Positions 52,742 through 62,481 of a stretch of 64,000 bases of DNA are shown in pieces. The notes under the pieces are model-generated. The model ran no database searches, had not been told where the DNA came from, and was given only the letters and a program-made list of their open reading frames with translations. Source of the stretch: an uncultured archaeon (GTDB taxonomy: Archaea > Thermoproteota > Nitrososphaeria > Nitrososphaerales > Gagatemarchaeaceae); the NCBI GenBank assembly GCA_963799775.1, contig CAWCYD010000003.1:1536001-1600000 (forward strand), written 5' to 3'. Position 1 is the stretch's first letter. The number at the start of each line of letters is the position of its first letter. A program made the position numbers and the translations under genes.

Positions 52742-54256
52742 TCACGCTTGAGCGCGGTCAGGTTGTGACAAGAAGATTTTGTTATAGAGATCCTCGCCAT
52801 AGCTGGTCTGCAAAGGCTCCCCTCGGATTATCTTGAAGGTGCGCTCTCCGCCTGCCCTTCTTTCTGCTCGGAGGAAGAGGACGTTTTCCGAGTTCCCCTC
52901 ATACAGACCCCTCGCAAACTCATGCTGGTGGGTGACGAAGAACACCTTCACGCTTCTCTCTAGCAAGGCCGTGACTATCTGCCTAGCAATCTCTGAACCT
53001 TCCCTCTCGTTGGTCGCAGAGAACGACTCGTTGAGCAGGACCATGCAATTTGCCTTTAGATGGTCCACGATCTCGCTCATCCTGGTTAGTTCCTCATCCA
53101 GTTTGCCGCTCCTCATGGTGGTGTCTTCCTCCCGTTTGAAGTGCGTGAAGAGGCCCTCGCATACGTCGGAGGAGAACGAGACCGCCGGCACGAACGCACC
53201 GCACTGCATCAGCAGCTGGGCCAGGCCTACGCTTCGCAAGAACGTCGACTTGCCTCCCCTGTTCGCACCCGTGACGACGACCAGGTCTTTCCCTTGGGCG
53301 TTCGCATCGTTGCTGACCACCTTGTTTCCCAGCTTCAGGGCGAGGCAGGCTTCGTACAGACCCTCAAATGATTGAGAGCGTTCGCCGCGACCTAGCACGA
53401 CGGGAAAGCAGGTGGGCTCGCCCATCTGGACAAGCCGCTCACGCAGGTTCAAACAACCGATGTAGAACGCCAGCTCCGTCCGCAGCGCGGTGAAGTAGGA
53501 GAGAACGGAGTCGCAAGACCGAGCGAGCGCATTTGCGATGGAGTTCAAGCCCCTCTCCTTCAGCTCCGAGAGCAGTCGGGGACCGAGTTCATCGCCTTCA
53601 GCTAGCTTGTACTCCCACTGAGACTTGGACTGGCCGGAGAAGACCTTGCTCAGCCAGCCTCGATCATCTTCCCGCGGCTTACGGAGCGTGTAATTCACAC
53701 CCTTGTTGCCGTTCCCGAGCTCGGCGCTGACCAGGGCTCCGTTTTTGAAGTTGAGGTCGCTCAGGCGGCCTTGGATGTCGACGATGTACTCGTCAGAAAG
53801 TTCTTCTTTGAGGGTCGCGAAGAAGGCCCTGAAGCCTTCTGACTCGAAGCTTCCGGAGTGATCATCGGCGATCCTCCTCAACTCCTTGAACTTGTCTGCA
53901 AGGAAATAGAGCACCTTTGCGGACCCGCGAAGAATCGAATCGGGAGATTTGTCGTACCAGAGCCATTGCTGCTGCTCCCCTTCGAGCGCCTCCACCGCGA
54001 TCCTGTAGATGTCCCTGACGGCGGAAGGATCTCTCAGGCAATCTTTGAGGACGTCTTGCCGGTACGATATCGCGTCGAGCTCTACCAGGCTGGTCAAGAC
54101 CGCCTTTCTAGCCACCTCGAGGAGGAATTTGTCGCCGCGCGCCATCCCGCCGAAGAGGACGTCTAACTCAAGGTCGCTCGTCAGCACTTTCTCGTTCTGC
54201 GGTAGTCTCTGCCCGAGGTCGAAGTCGCGGTCCCTGTGCATGAGGAAGACCTTCAT
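52742..54256 (-). CDS. MutS-related ATPase (domain V only, MutS4-like B)
   Basis: TGANRGGKSTFLRS, THFKREED, GKLDEEL, LLNESFSATN, FVTH. Confidence 0.88.
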   Translation of the reverse strand: MKVFLMHRDRDFDLGQRLPQNEKVLTSDLELDVLFGGMARGDKFLLEVARKAVLTSLVELDAISYRQDVLKDCLRDPSAVRDIYRIAVEALEGEQQQWLWYDKSPDSILRGSAKVLYFLADKFKELRRIADDHSGSFESEGFRAFFATLKEELSDEYIVDIQGRLSDLNFKNGALVSAELGNGNKGVNYTLRKPREDDRGWLSKVFSGQSKSQWEYKLAEGDELGPRLLSELKERGLNSIANALARSCDSVLSYFTALRTELAFYIGCLNLRERLVQMGEPTCFPVVLGRGERSQSFEGLYEACLALKLGNKVVSNDANAQGKDLVVVTGANRGGKSTFLRSVGLAQLLMQCGAFVPAVSFSSDVCEGLFTHFKREEDTTMRSGKLDEELTRMSEIVDHLKANCMVLLNESFSATNEREGSEIARQIVTALLERSVKVFFVTHQHEFARGLYEGNSENVLFLRAERRAGGERTFKIIRGEPLQTSYGEDLYNKIFLSQPDRAQA

Positions 54257-55785
54257 GATTTGATGCGCTCCTTCACGCTCTCGTAAGTGAGACGGTGCTT
54301 CTTGGCTATTGTCAGGGCGTAGGCGAGCCCGTCGGGAGGTAGTCTCACGATCTTGTACGTGCGCACTTCGGGGTTCTCTGGGACCACGGTGCTGAGGACG
54401 CTTACCGTCTTCTCAAGCGAGGACAGTTCGTCGAGGAATGTCACGTAGACGCAGAGCGAATCCAAACGTATTATCTGCTCGAGTATCGTCTTCCCCAGAA
54501 ACGTGGCGTCCTGTATAGTGCTCGAGCTGAACTCCTCGTTCACTATCACGATGCTGTTGGGCGTGCACCGACTCAGGATGGAGCGGATCCTGACCAGGTC
54601 GTCTTCCAGTTTGCTCCTGAGGTTGTCGATGTTCTCTTCTCGCGCGAAGTGCGTGAAGAGCTTGTCGAACAGGAAGAGCTGCGCCTCGGTGCCGGGGACG
54701 GGAAGGCCCAGGCTGGCCAAGTAATGCAGCTGTCCGAAGGCGCGGGCGAAGGTCGTCTTGCCGCCCTGGTTGGGTCCGTTCACCACGAATATCCGCTCAG
54801 TCCCCTTTAGGAAAAAGTCGTTGGAGACGACGGAAGACTTCGCACTTATCAGCTTGATCGCAAGGGCCAGGTCGAACCCCTCCAGACTGCTGACCTCCTT
54901 GCTCTTGTCTGAGACGAAGGGATAGCAAAAATGCAGCCCTGCGCTCTTGAGCCGCGCGACCAACCCTAGGTAAGCGACATAGAATTGAATCTCTCGATCG
55001 AACCTGGCCACCGTCTTGTCGAGGAAGTAGCGGTGTTCCGCGGAGTAGTCTCCAAGCCTTCGGAACACGTCGGGATAGAGCGTCGCGACCAACTCCAGCG
55101 CGGCCTCCTGGATGTGGTTTGTGCCGGGCCCGTCGGAAAACTCGACCCGGTAGTCCTTTCCCGTCCCCTGCCTGAATTTCTCGAACACGCGCTCCATCTC
55201 CTCGCCATAGTCGACTTCGCCTTCGTACTTGCGGACCGTGAACTGGTCGTGCTCTATGAGCAGGCAGTATCTTGCGGCGGAAAGGTCAGCCCTCAGCTTC
55301 TTCGTTTCAGCGGCAAGCGAGCGGAAGGCGGCCGACTCGGCATAGCCCTTCAGGTATTCGAAGATGGCCAAAAAGCCGCGAGATCTCAAGGGTCGAGTGG
55401 CAAGGTCGGCCGCCAGGCAACCGATGGCCTCGCAGTATTTCTCGACCGCGCTCAGCAACCAGCCTTGCTTGTTGTATGTGTACATTAGCCTGTTCGCGAG
55501 GTCCAGATATTGGCGCATCGTCCGCATCCTCAGTGCGAACGACTCGATCACGTCATAGGTCCCCGCGCTTTCGAGCTCTTGCATTATCTCATGACGGTAC
55601 TTGATGGCGTCGACGCTCTTCAAAGGGGCAAGGAAGAACGGCCGAAGGGCATACTCCTCCTTCCCGGCCGTCATGGCGTCTACTACCTGGTCGAGGTTCA
55701 GGTCGACGAAGAAGTCCGGGGCCTGGGGAGTCTCCCCCTTTACGCCATCTCCCGCGCCCTCGAACAGGATGCTTTGGAAGGTCAT
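54253..55785 (-). CDS. MutS-related ATPase (domain V only, MutS4-like A)
   Basis: DLNLDQ, NGPNQGGKTTFAR, THFAREE, VNEEFSSST; ATGA-coupled to partner. Confidence 0.88.
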   Translation of the reverse strand: MTFQSILFEGAGDGVKGETPQAPDFFVDLNLDQVVDAMTAGKEEYALRPFFLAPLKSVDAIKYRHEIMQELESAGTYDVIESFALRMRTMRQYLDLANRLMYTYNKQGWLLSAVEKYCEAIGCLAADLATRPLRSRGFLAIFEYLKGYAESAAFRSLAAETKKLRADLSAARYCLLIEHDQFTVRKYEGEVDYGEEMERVFEKFRQGTGKDYRVEFSDGPGTNHIQEAALELVATLYPDVFRRLGDYSAEHRYFLDKTVARFDREIQFYVAYLGLVARLKSAGLHFCYPFVSDKSKEVSSLEGFDLALAIKLISAKSSVVSNDFFLKGTERIFVVNGPNQGGKTTFARAFGQLHYLASLGLPVPGTEAQLFLFDKLFTHFAREENIDNLRSKLEDDLVRIRSILSRCTPNSIVIVNEEFSSSTIQDATFLGKTILEQIIRLDSLCVYVTFLDELSSLEKTVSVLSTVVPENPEVRTYKIVRLPPDGLAYALTIAKKHRLTYESVKERIKS

Positions 55786-55939
55786 GGGGATTTCATTTGA
55801 GATGCAGAATGCGAGCCTATTTCGGCCTTTTGACTATCAGGACACCGCGCTTGATTTACGCTCTTGGTGAGACCAACCTTCTTGCTCAGGCTGAAGTAAA
55901 GGGGGGACAGACTCGACTAGGCCTCCGCCTCTACACTCA

Positions 55940-55996
55940 GCGACCGTTTCAGGCCTCGTTTCATGTCCTCCGCGACCGTTTCAGAGATCGTATCAG
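55940..55996 (+). repeat. Tandem direct repeat, candidate operator
   Basis: GCGACCGTTTCAG at 55940 and 55972; CGT(T/A)TCA units at 55945, 55957, 55977, 55989. Confidence 0.55.
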
Positions 55997-56045
55997 GCAA
56001 GTGATTTACCCGGACCTCTCCTATGCTATCGGCAGTGAAACGCGA

Positions 56046-56558
56046 ATGACGCAGCAACAATCGGAATATCCCGGGACGGCCTCCACTCTCGCCATAGTTG
56101 GTGGAGCCCTGATGCTCGTGAGCGGTGTGCTAATACTCGGCATCTCGGCGTTCGTCTCACCGGCAATCAGCAGCTTCTTCTCCCAGAACGTCCACTTTGT
56201 CACGCACGGGAACGTCACGTCGATGGTCGTCAACAACAGCACGACCTACACCTTCACCGGGAACAACCACGGCTACAACGGGCACTTCCCGTTCCAGACC
56301 TTCGTCCCCGCCTTCGTGACTGGGATAACGGCGTTCGTCGGGGCGATAGGCCTCGTCTCGGGAGTGATGGTGCTCATCTCCGGTGCGATGCTCCGCAGCA
56401 ACCCCGGCCAGCGCACGCTCTGGGGCGCTCTAGTGGTGGTCTTCTCCTGCCTAAGCTTCTTCGGCGCCGGGGGCTTCGTCATCGGGGCGATCCTCGGGAT
56501 AATCGGGGGCATCATGGCCCTGACCTGGAAGCCGACTGTCAGAGCGACAGTGACCTAG
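56046..56558 (+). CDS. Membrane protein (DUF6114-like C-terminus)
   Basis: Multiple TM helices, GGFVIGAILGIIGGIMALTW. Confidence 0.7.
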   Translation: MTQQQSEYPGTASTLAIVGGALMLVSGVLILGISAFVSPAISSFFSQNVHFVTHGNVTSMVVNNSTTYTFTGNNHGYNGHFPFQTFVPAFVTGITAFVGAIGLVSGVMVLISGAMLRSNPGQRTLWGALVVVFSCLSFFGAGGFVIGAILGIIGGIMALTWKPTVRATVT

Positions 56559-56628
56559 TCCGGGGACTCCGACCGGTGTCGGGAAAGGACAAAGGCAACA
56601 TCAGCGGGGCATGAGTGAGACGGAGTAG

Positions 56629-57177
56629 TTGGAAAAGCTCAAGGCCCTGCTGATACTCCTGCTGGCAGCCGCCTTCGGGCTTGCCTTTTCGCTCTACCTC
56701 CTCGCCCTGACCTTCGCCCCCGAGACCTCGCCGCTGGACGTCTTCTATCAGATCATCGACAGAGGGTTTCCGAGCAACCTTCCTTTCGTCATCCCGCTCT
56801 CTGCCCTGCTTTTCCTGTTCACCCTGCTCGCGAGCATGGTGGGCATCATCTACTTCCTGGTCGTGCCCGAGATGAAGGACTACTATGGCGGCGCCGACCC
56901 GGTTGGGAAGGATGCGAGCGCCGTCGTGATGCGCGCGCTCAAGCCCGACGAGCGTAAGGTCGTGGGGGTGATCAAGCTGCACGGCGGCAAATACATCCAG
57001 AAGTTCATCACGCAGGAAGCGGGCCTCTCAAGGCTCAGGACGCACAGGGTGGTCGCAGCCCTCGCGGAGAGGGGCATCGTGCAGGTGGAGAAGCGCGGTA
57101 ATTCTAACGAGGTCACGCTTGCGAAGTGGTTCCTTGAGGGGATGGAAGGGAATGATGAGAACCCGCGCAATCAATAG
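56629..57177 (+). CDS. Membrane-anchored winged-helix regulator
   Basis: Two TMs then LKPDERKV...Q..I...GLSRLRTHRVV..L.ERGIV. Confidence 0.8.
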   Translation: MEKLKALLILLLAAAFGLAFSLYLLALTFAPETSPLDVFYQIIDRGFPSNLPFVIPLSALLFLFTLLASMVGIIYFLVVPEMKDYYGGADPVGKDASAVVMRALKPDERKVVGVIKLHGGKYIQKFITQEAGLSRLRTHRVVAALAERGIVQVEKRGNSNEVTLAKWFLEGMEGNDENPRNQ

Positions 57178-57214
57178 ACGTCTACTACTTCAGTAGTTAT
57201 GAGGCCGTTCGTCT

Positions 57215-57517
57215 CTACCATGCGGTGGATCTCTGGCAGGGCACGTTTGCTATCTTCTCCGTGTCGCTGACAGTCTCGATGATGGTGGGTAGGTTGATGG
57301 AGAGGCCGAGTATGTCCGCCCTTGCCACCCCCCGGACCCCGTAGCCTCTCGCCGCGTGGGTGACGGTCGCCCCGGAGATCCCGACCTTCTTGTAGAGAGA
57401 GATGATGACGTCGGCCACGGGCTTTCCCTGGTAGGAGTCCTTGGCCTTCACTATCACCGTGAGTCTGAGCATCTTCCTCGAGGGCGGGAGCGGCCCACCG
57501 GCAGATCCGCTAGCCAA
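57215..57517 (-). CDS. DUF190 family (PII-like) protein, C-terminus probably frameshifted
   Basis: GISGATV...GYG...LSINLP.IIE; coupled to crcB. Confidence 0.82.
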   Translation of the reverse strand: MASGSAGGPLPPSRKMLRLTVIVKAKDSYQGKPVADVIISLYKKVGISGATVTHAARGYGVRGVARADILGLSINLPTIIETVSDTEKIANVPCQRSTAW

Positions 57518-57890
57518 GGCCGAACAGCAGAGTCACGACGGCCCTTCCTAAGAGTATCGCTCCGAGCGAGCAGCCCACGTTCAGCATGATGCTGAGCCCC
57601 GCCGTGGCGAACTCCCCTACTCCCATCAGGTTCACCGTCTCGAATGCGAACGTGGACATCGTGGTGAGCGTGCCGCAGAAGCCTATACCGATGAATAGCG
57701 TGTAGTCGCGGCTCAGGCCCAGCCCCGATACGGCGGTCGCGCTCGCGCCGAGGATGAAGCTCCCGATGATGTTCACTATGAGTACGGAGACCGGGAGGCT
57801 CCCGACGAACAGGTTGTCGCCCGTGATGTAGTAGCGTATGAAGACCCCTAGGAGGGCTCCAGCCGCCAAGTACACGAGGTCCAGCCTCAT
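57510..57890 (-). CDS. crcB: Fluoride efflux channel CrcB/Fluc
   Basis: GALLG..IRY, VNIIGSFILG, GFCGTLTTMSTF. Confidence 0.93.
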   Translation of the reverse strand: MRLDLVYLAAGALLGVFIRYYITGDNLFVGSLPVSVLIVNIIGSFILGASATAVSGLGLSRDYTLFIGIGFCGTLTTMSTFAFETVNLMGVGEFATAGLSIMLNVGCSLGAILLGRAVVTLLFGLG

Positions 57891-57923
57891 CTTGTGTCCA
57901 TTCCCGCTCGCTCTATTGGTGTG

Positions 57924-57979
57924 GTAGGAGCTATCGGCTCACAATCGTTTGCGAGCGGTTGATGGCGAGCCCCACCGCC
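57924..57979 (-). promoter_or_regulatory. Fluoride (crcB) riboswitch
   Basis: Minus strand GGCGGTGGGGCTCGCC-ATCAACCGC...GCCGATAGCTCCTAC matches the aptamer pattern, directly upstream of crcB. Confidence 0.88.
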
Positions 57980-58095
57980 GTTCTCCCTGAGAGGGCGGGT
58001 TGAATCTTAAGCTTTTCGAGACGTCACAGTGAGCCGCGGCTCGAAGCCTATCGTGCCGAGTCTTCATTAGACTGTAAGGGTTCGAGGGGGCCGGG

Positions 58096-58446
58096 ATGAC
58101 CTTTCCCGAGGGGAGCGTGTTCTGGCAGGACCAGCTCAGATCGTTGCTGATTGGAGAGGATCCAGAGCTGCTCGCGGAATGGTCAGGCATCATCGAGAAG
58201 AGGGCCAACGACAACTGCAAGGACTCGGCGGTCCCTCGAATCACGTTCAGGGTGTCCGTAGACAATCAGGGGAAATTCGCCTTCGACATCGGCGCACCGA
58301 CCCCGCAAGCGATGCTATGCCTTCTGGATGCTATCCAAGATTGCCTTGATCTGATGCCGACTGCGTCGAAGAGGTTCTACGCGGCCTTCATGGACATCCT
58401 TGCGGAAGAAGCGGACAAGCGGGACGAGACGCGAAGCGATTCCTGA
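58096..58446 (+). CDS. Hypothetical protein
   Basis: 116 aa ORF with plausible composition, convergent with tiaS. Confidence 0.5.
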   Translation: MTFPEGSVFWQDQLRSLLIGEDPELLAEWSGIIEKRANDNCKDSAVPRITFRVSVDNQGKFAFDIGAPTPQAMLCLLDAIQDCLDLMPTASKRFYAAFMDILAEEADKRDETRSDS

Positions 58447-59774
58447 CTCTGGGATTCTATCCAGCCGTCGATCAAGGGTCGAACCCCTTGTTGCTCCCTC
58501 CCGTAACGGATGAGCTGCTTTGTCAGGTGCCTCTGCGCCCGCGGCGAGGGAAGATAGATGCCCGGCTGGACCGACCTTGGCACGAGCTTCCCCACCTTCC
58601 CTTGAAGGCTCTTGTGACCGCATCTCTCGCATTGGAACCCCTTGGCCGTCCCCTCGGATTTCATACGTGAGCCGCAAACCTTGCAGAGAGGGTTCGCCCT
58701 GGTTGTGGTCCCGGCGAGTTTCAAGAGGTCGACCCGCTCGACATTGACCACCGCGGGGTTCCGGGATGAGGCACTCCTCACTCCCCCGAAGACTCTGACG
58801 CGGTCGCCGGGCCTCAACAGTCGCGCGACCCTTCTCAGGTCACCCGCAGGCTCGTAGACCATGCAATTGGCGTTCGAACTCTGGACACTGAGCTGAAGAG
58901 CTAGATGAGCACCTTCGGAGATGTGGGTCTCCGAGACGACGCCCTCAAGCCAGCCGGACGAAAATACTCGAAGCGGGATCTGAAGCTCGGCTCTCAGGTG
59001 AGCGTCCGTGCACTGGTTGGACGCGAAGATGATGTGTCCGAGAGGCACCTCGCCCAGTCGGACCATCCGGGAGGCCTTGAGCACCACTTCCGGAGAGTCT
59101 CCTCTGAGTCCCGTGAGGACCGGGTCTGGGCCTGTCGGTGCGATGAGCATCCTTTCTGACTCGTGGTCGTAGTCGTTGAAAGTGTGAGGAAAGGTAGAGG
59201 CCTCCATCTCGACTACCGATTTCGGGTCCACCGTCCGCATAGTCCCGCAAGTCTCGGGTCGGCGATAGGTGATGAGCTCGTAGGTGTGGTCGTCCTCGTC
59301 GCAGAAGAATCCCAGGCTCGCTGCCGCGCCCACGATGCCCATCCCGTTTCCGAGCAACTTGTGCCGGACTTCCATCTTGGACATCTCCGCGAGGACGCCC
59401 CTGTAGTTGACGACACCAGAGACCGCCCGCAGATAGAGCTTTCTGAAGAAAGCAAGCTCTTCCCTCGAGTCTGCCGAAACCATGACCATCGCGGAGTTTG
59501 CACCGTTTTTCACATCCGCTTCCGACTCCAAGAGGCGCACCGCGGCCGCGAAGGCCTCGTCGAGCTTTCTCTCAGAGCCGGCTTCGAACTCGATGCAAAC
59601 GGCGGCGTTTCCTCTCGTCTTGAAGGGAATGTTGGGGTTCAGCCTCACCAAGCGCGGATAGACGGGCAGGTTGAAGCCGAGACGCTCTAACTCGCAGGCG
59701 ATGAGATACCCTTGATGGGTCGTGCAGTGGCCGAAGCGCGAATCTGTGTCGTCCAGGCCAAGGAGGACTCTCAT
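58377..59774 (-). CDS. tiaS: tRNA(Ile2) agmatinylcytidine synthase
   Basis: GLDDTDS...CTTH, PRLVRLNPNIPFKTRGNAA, YELITYR, SNQCTDAHL, RHLTK. Confidence 0.94.
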   Translation of the reverse strand: MRVLLGLDDTDSRFGHCTTHQGYLIACELERLGFNLPVYPRLVRLNPNIPFKTRGNAAVCIEFEAGSERKLDEAFAAAVRLLESEADVKNGANSAMVMVSADSREELAFFRKLYLRAVSGVVNYRGVLAEMSKMEVRHKLLGNGMGIVGAAASLGFFCDEDDHTYELITYRRPETCGTMRTVDPKSVVEMEASTFPHTFNDYDHESERMLIAPTGPDPVLTGLRGDSPEVVLKASRMVRLGEVPLGHIIFASNQCTDAHLRAELQIPLRVFSSGWLEGVVSETHISEGAHLALQLSVQSSNANCMVYEPAGDLRRVARLLRPGDRVRVFGGVRSASSRNPAVVNVERVDLLKLAGTTTRANPLCKVCGSRMKSEGTAKGFQCERCGHKSLQGKVGKLVPRSVQPGIYLPSPRAQRHLTKQLIRYGREQQGVRPLIDGWIESQSQESLRVSSRLSASSARMSMKAA

Positions 59775-59781
59775 CGGTGAA

Positions 59782-60166
59782 CTACTTTCCGAAGAGCTCG
59801 ATGTAGATCCCGTTCGGGTCCTTGATGTAGGTCCAGCGGCTCGTCTTCGTCTTCATGTCGAGCACGACGGGATAGCCCGCCTTCTCGGCCTGCGCAAGGG
59901 CCTTTGGGAGGTCTTCGACCTGGAAGGCCAGGTGGTCTAATGCCTCGCCAACGCCGTATTTCGTGTCAAAGTCGCTCCCCTTGCCATAGAAGTTCAGCTC
60001 GAGGAGGTGCCCTCCCTCTTCGCTCACGAGGCCCACGGTCTCCCCCTTCGTCGACTCGATCTTCGTCCTGCCCGTGACCTTCATCCCGATGAACCTTGGT
60101 GTAGAACTCGATGGACTTGTCCATGTCTTTGACCCTGATGCCCGTGTAGATGAGACGCGCCTTCAT
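59782..60166 (-). CDS. VOC/glyoxalase family protein, frameshifted
   Basis: YTGIRVKDMDKSIEFYT + LLELN, DHLAFQV, DPNGIYIEL. Confidence 0.85.
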
Positions 60167-60535
60167 TCGCGTAATGTCGTCCTGAGCGGGCATTAAGCTT
60201 TGCAGATTTTTGCGCGGAGGTCGATTACGTTCTCTAGCTGCCTGACATAATCGTCAAAGGACTCTGCGTCACGTTCCCAAGCCCTGACGAGGCGCCTCTT
60301 GTAGGCTCCCTCAACTCTTCTGAGAAACTCGCACGCGTCTTGCTCTGACATTGCGCGCGCCCTTCACCGCCAGGTCGACTCTCTCCAGATACCAACGGTC
60401 GGGCTTGGCGAGAATCTCCTTCAAATTCTCTGTGGAATTCGTCGTCTTCGGGAGAAGGCATCGTCACCTACGTGTAATGATGCGGGACGTAATAAACACC
60501 GATGCGAGCCTGCGCTCGATTTCCTTTCTCTCTAG

Positions 60536-61033
60536 CTAGCCGCCGGCCACTGCGGGGATGAAGTCGACCTCGTCCCCATTCCGCAGAGAAGCGCTCTTTG
60601 AGGCGGGGACGCCGTCTATGAGAATCATCATCGTCGGAATCATCGGGCTCATGGTTGGATGTTTCTGCGTGACTTGGGCGAGAAGGTCGCTGAAGTAAGC
60701 GGGAGTCTGGAGGACGAAGTACTCCTCCTTCACGCCTACAGCTAGGGGCATCTGAAAATACGACGCCTTGACCCTGACCGAAGAGCCGGAGGCGGTCACA
60801 ATCGGCGCAGCCTGGGACACCTGAGGCGTCGACGAAGCTGACGATGTGGTGGTCTCGGCAAATCCGCTGAGCAGCGATGACTGGGTGTTCTTGGAAGGAG
60901 TGGCATCCCCTGCAGCCGCCCTTCCAGCGGCACCAAGGAGGACCAACCCTGCGCCGACGGCAGAGAAGAGAAGCGCCGATTTCAGCAACCGGCGCCTGGA
61001 GATTCCCTTCTCGTCGTCAGAGGTCGAGGCCAA
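60536..61033 (-). CDS. Tat-signal-bearing MoaD/ThiS/SAMP ubiquitin-like protein
   Basis: SRRRLLK + hydrophobic helix + AAA site; Ser/Thr linker; beta-grasp ILIDG...LRNGDEVDFIPAVAGG*. Confidence 0.82.
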   Translation of the reverse strand: MASTSDDEKGISRRRLLKSALLFSAVGAGLVLLGAAGRAAAGDATPSKNTQSSLLSGFAETTTSSASSTPQVSQAAPIVTASGSSVRVKASYFQMPLAVGVKEEYFVLQTPAYFSDLLAQVTQKHPTMSPMIPTMMILIDGVPASKSASLRNGDEVDFIPAVAGG

Positions 61034-61050
61034 GGCGTGCGTCCACTATC

Positions 61051-62432
61051 CTAGGGCGCCGCCTTCACCACCACCGTGCCCTGCATCCAGGGGTGATAGG
61101 AGCAACCGTATTGGTAGGTGCCCGGCGAGGTGAAGGTGTAGGTGAACGTGTCGCCAGTGTTCATCTGGCCTGAGTCGAAGCTGTGGTCGGTGGCTGTCAC
61201 AGTGTGAGGCGCCACGTCGTTGTTGGTCCACTGGACGGTGTTGTTGACGCCAATCACCACGGTGATCTTCGCTGGGGAGTATCCGGGACCTGCTACGTTC
61301 GTCTCGGAGCCTTGTGGGATGCTGATGTGGACCTGTGCGGCCACAGCGCTCGTGCTAGTAGTCGTCGAGGTGGTCGCCGTCGTCGAAGCCACCTTGAAGA
61401 TGCCCTCGTCCCCCTTTGGAACGAACTCGAACTGGTGGGTGACGAAGGGGTTCTTGCCGCCGGGGCCCTTGAAGTACATGTCGACTATCGCACCTCCGGA
61501 GGGTGGGATGTTCAACGTCTGCAGTCCGTACTCGGCGTTCGCGGGATTGCCGTCGATGTAGGTCGTGTTGAAGAGCGCTCCGATGACGTGAAAGGCGCTC
61601 CACTGGTTTGGCCCCGCGTTGAGGATGAACAGCCTTACGAGTTGGTTAGGCAGCACCGGCAGGGGCTTGGTGACATACCCGTTGGCCTTGGCGTTGAAGA
61701 CCACGTAGGTCGGGTCCCTCCAAGCATCCTGGTGTAGTTGCCCGCGTAGTTTCCGTCCGAGCCGGGATTGTTGTTCAGGTAGAACTCGCTCTGGAGGATG
61801 TAGTACGTCCCGCCGGGGGACGGAGGCAACGGCGTCGACGGGTTCACGACTATCATGCCATACATCCCGTTCGCGATGTGCTCTATGGCGGGCGACGTCC
61901 CGCAGTGATACATGAACACGCCTGGGTAGTCCGCTGTGAAGTTGAATGTGATTGACTGGCCCGGTGCGACTGGTTGGTAGTCTACTCCCCAATTTACTTG
62001 ACCGGCGTGGAAGTCGATTGAGTGGGCCATGGTCGTGAAGTTGTTGATGAACTTCGCGATAATGAGGTCGCCCTGGTTGACTATGATCGTCGGGCCTGGG
62101 ACGGTCCCGTTGAAGGTCCACGCGTCATAGGTCACGTTTGTAGCTAGAGTGATGACCTCGGGCTTGGCGACCAGCGTGACATGCCGGGTGGTAGGCGCTA
62201 TCTTCGCGACCGACGTTGTGGCGGCAAGCGTCTGAGTAGATTGCTGCGACGTCGATGTCGAGCCCGAAGAAGACGAGAGCTGGGACTGCAACCCCCTAAT
62301 CTGGTCGAGCTGGGACGCGGCGATGCTGCTAAAGCTCAGACTGAGCAGTATCAATACTAGCGCAACGGCCGCGAGGACCGCGGCAAACCTTCCGTCGGAG
62401 ATCCCCTTCCTTGTGCGGCTCTGAAGTCTCAA
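61051..62432 (-). CDS. nirK: Copper-containing nitrite reductase-like protein with C-terminal cupredoxin, frameshift near 61715
   Basis: HSIDFH, YHC, H..NGMYG, FHVIG, VTHQF (T1/T2 ligands plus catalytic Asp/His); C-terminal PHTVT...CSYHPWM. Confidence 0.85.
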
Positions 62433-62481
62433 TCGTATTTCGCCAGTTCAGCTTGGAGGGGAAAATTTTGCTTAAGGGTTA

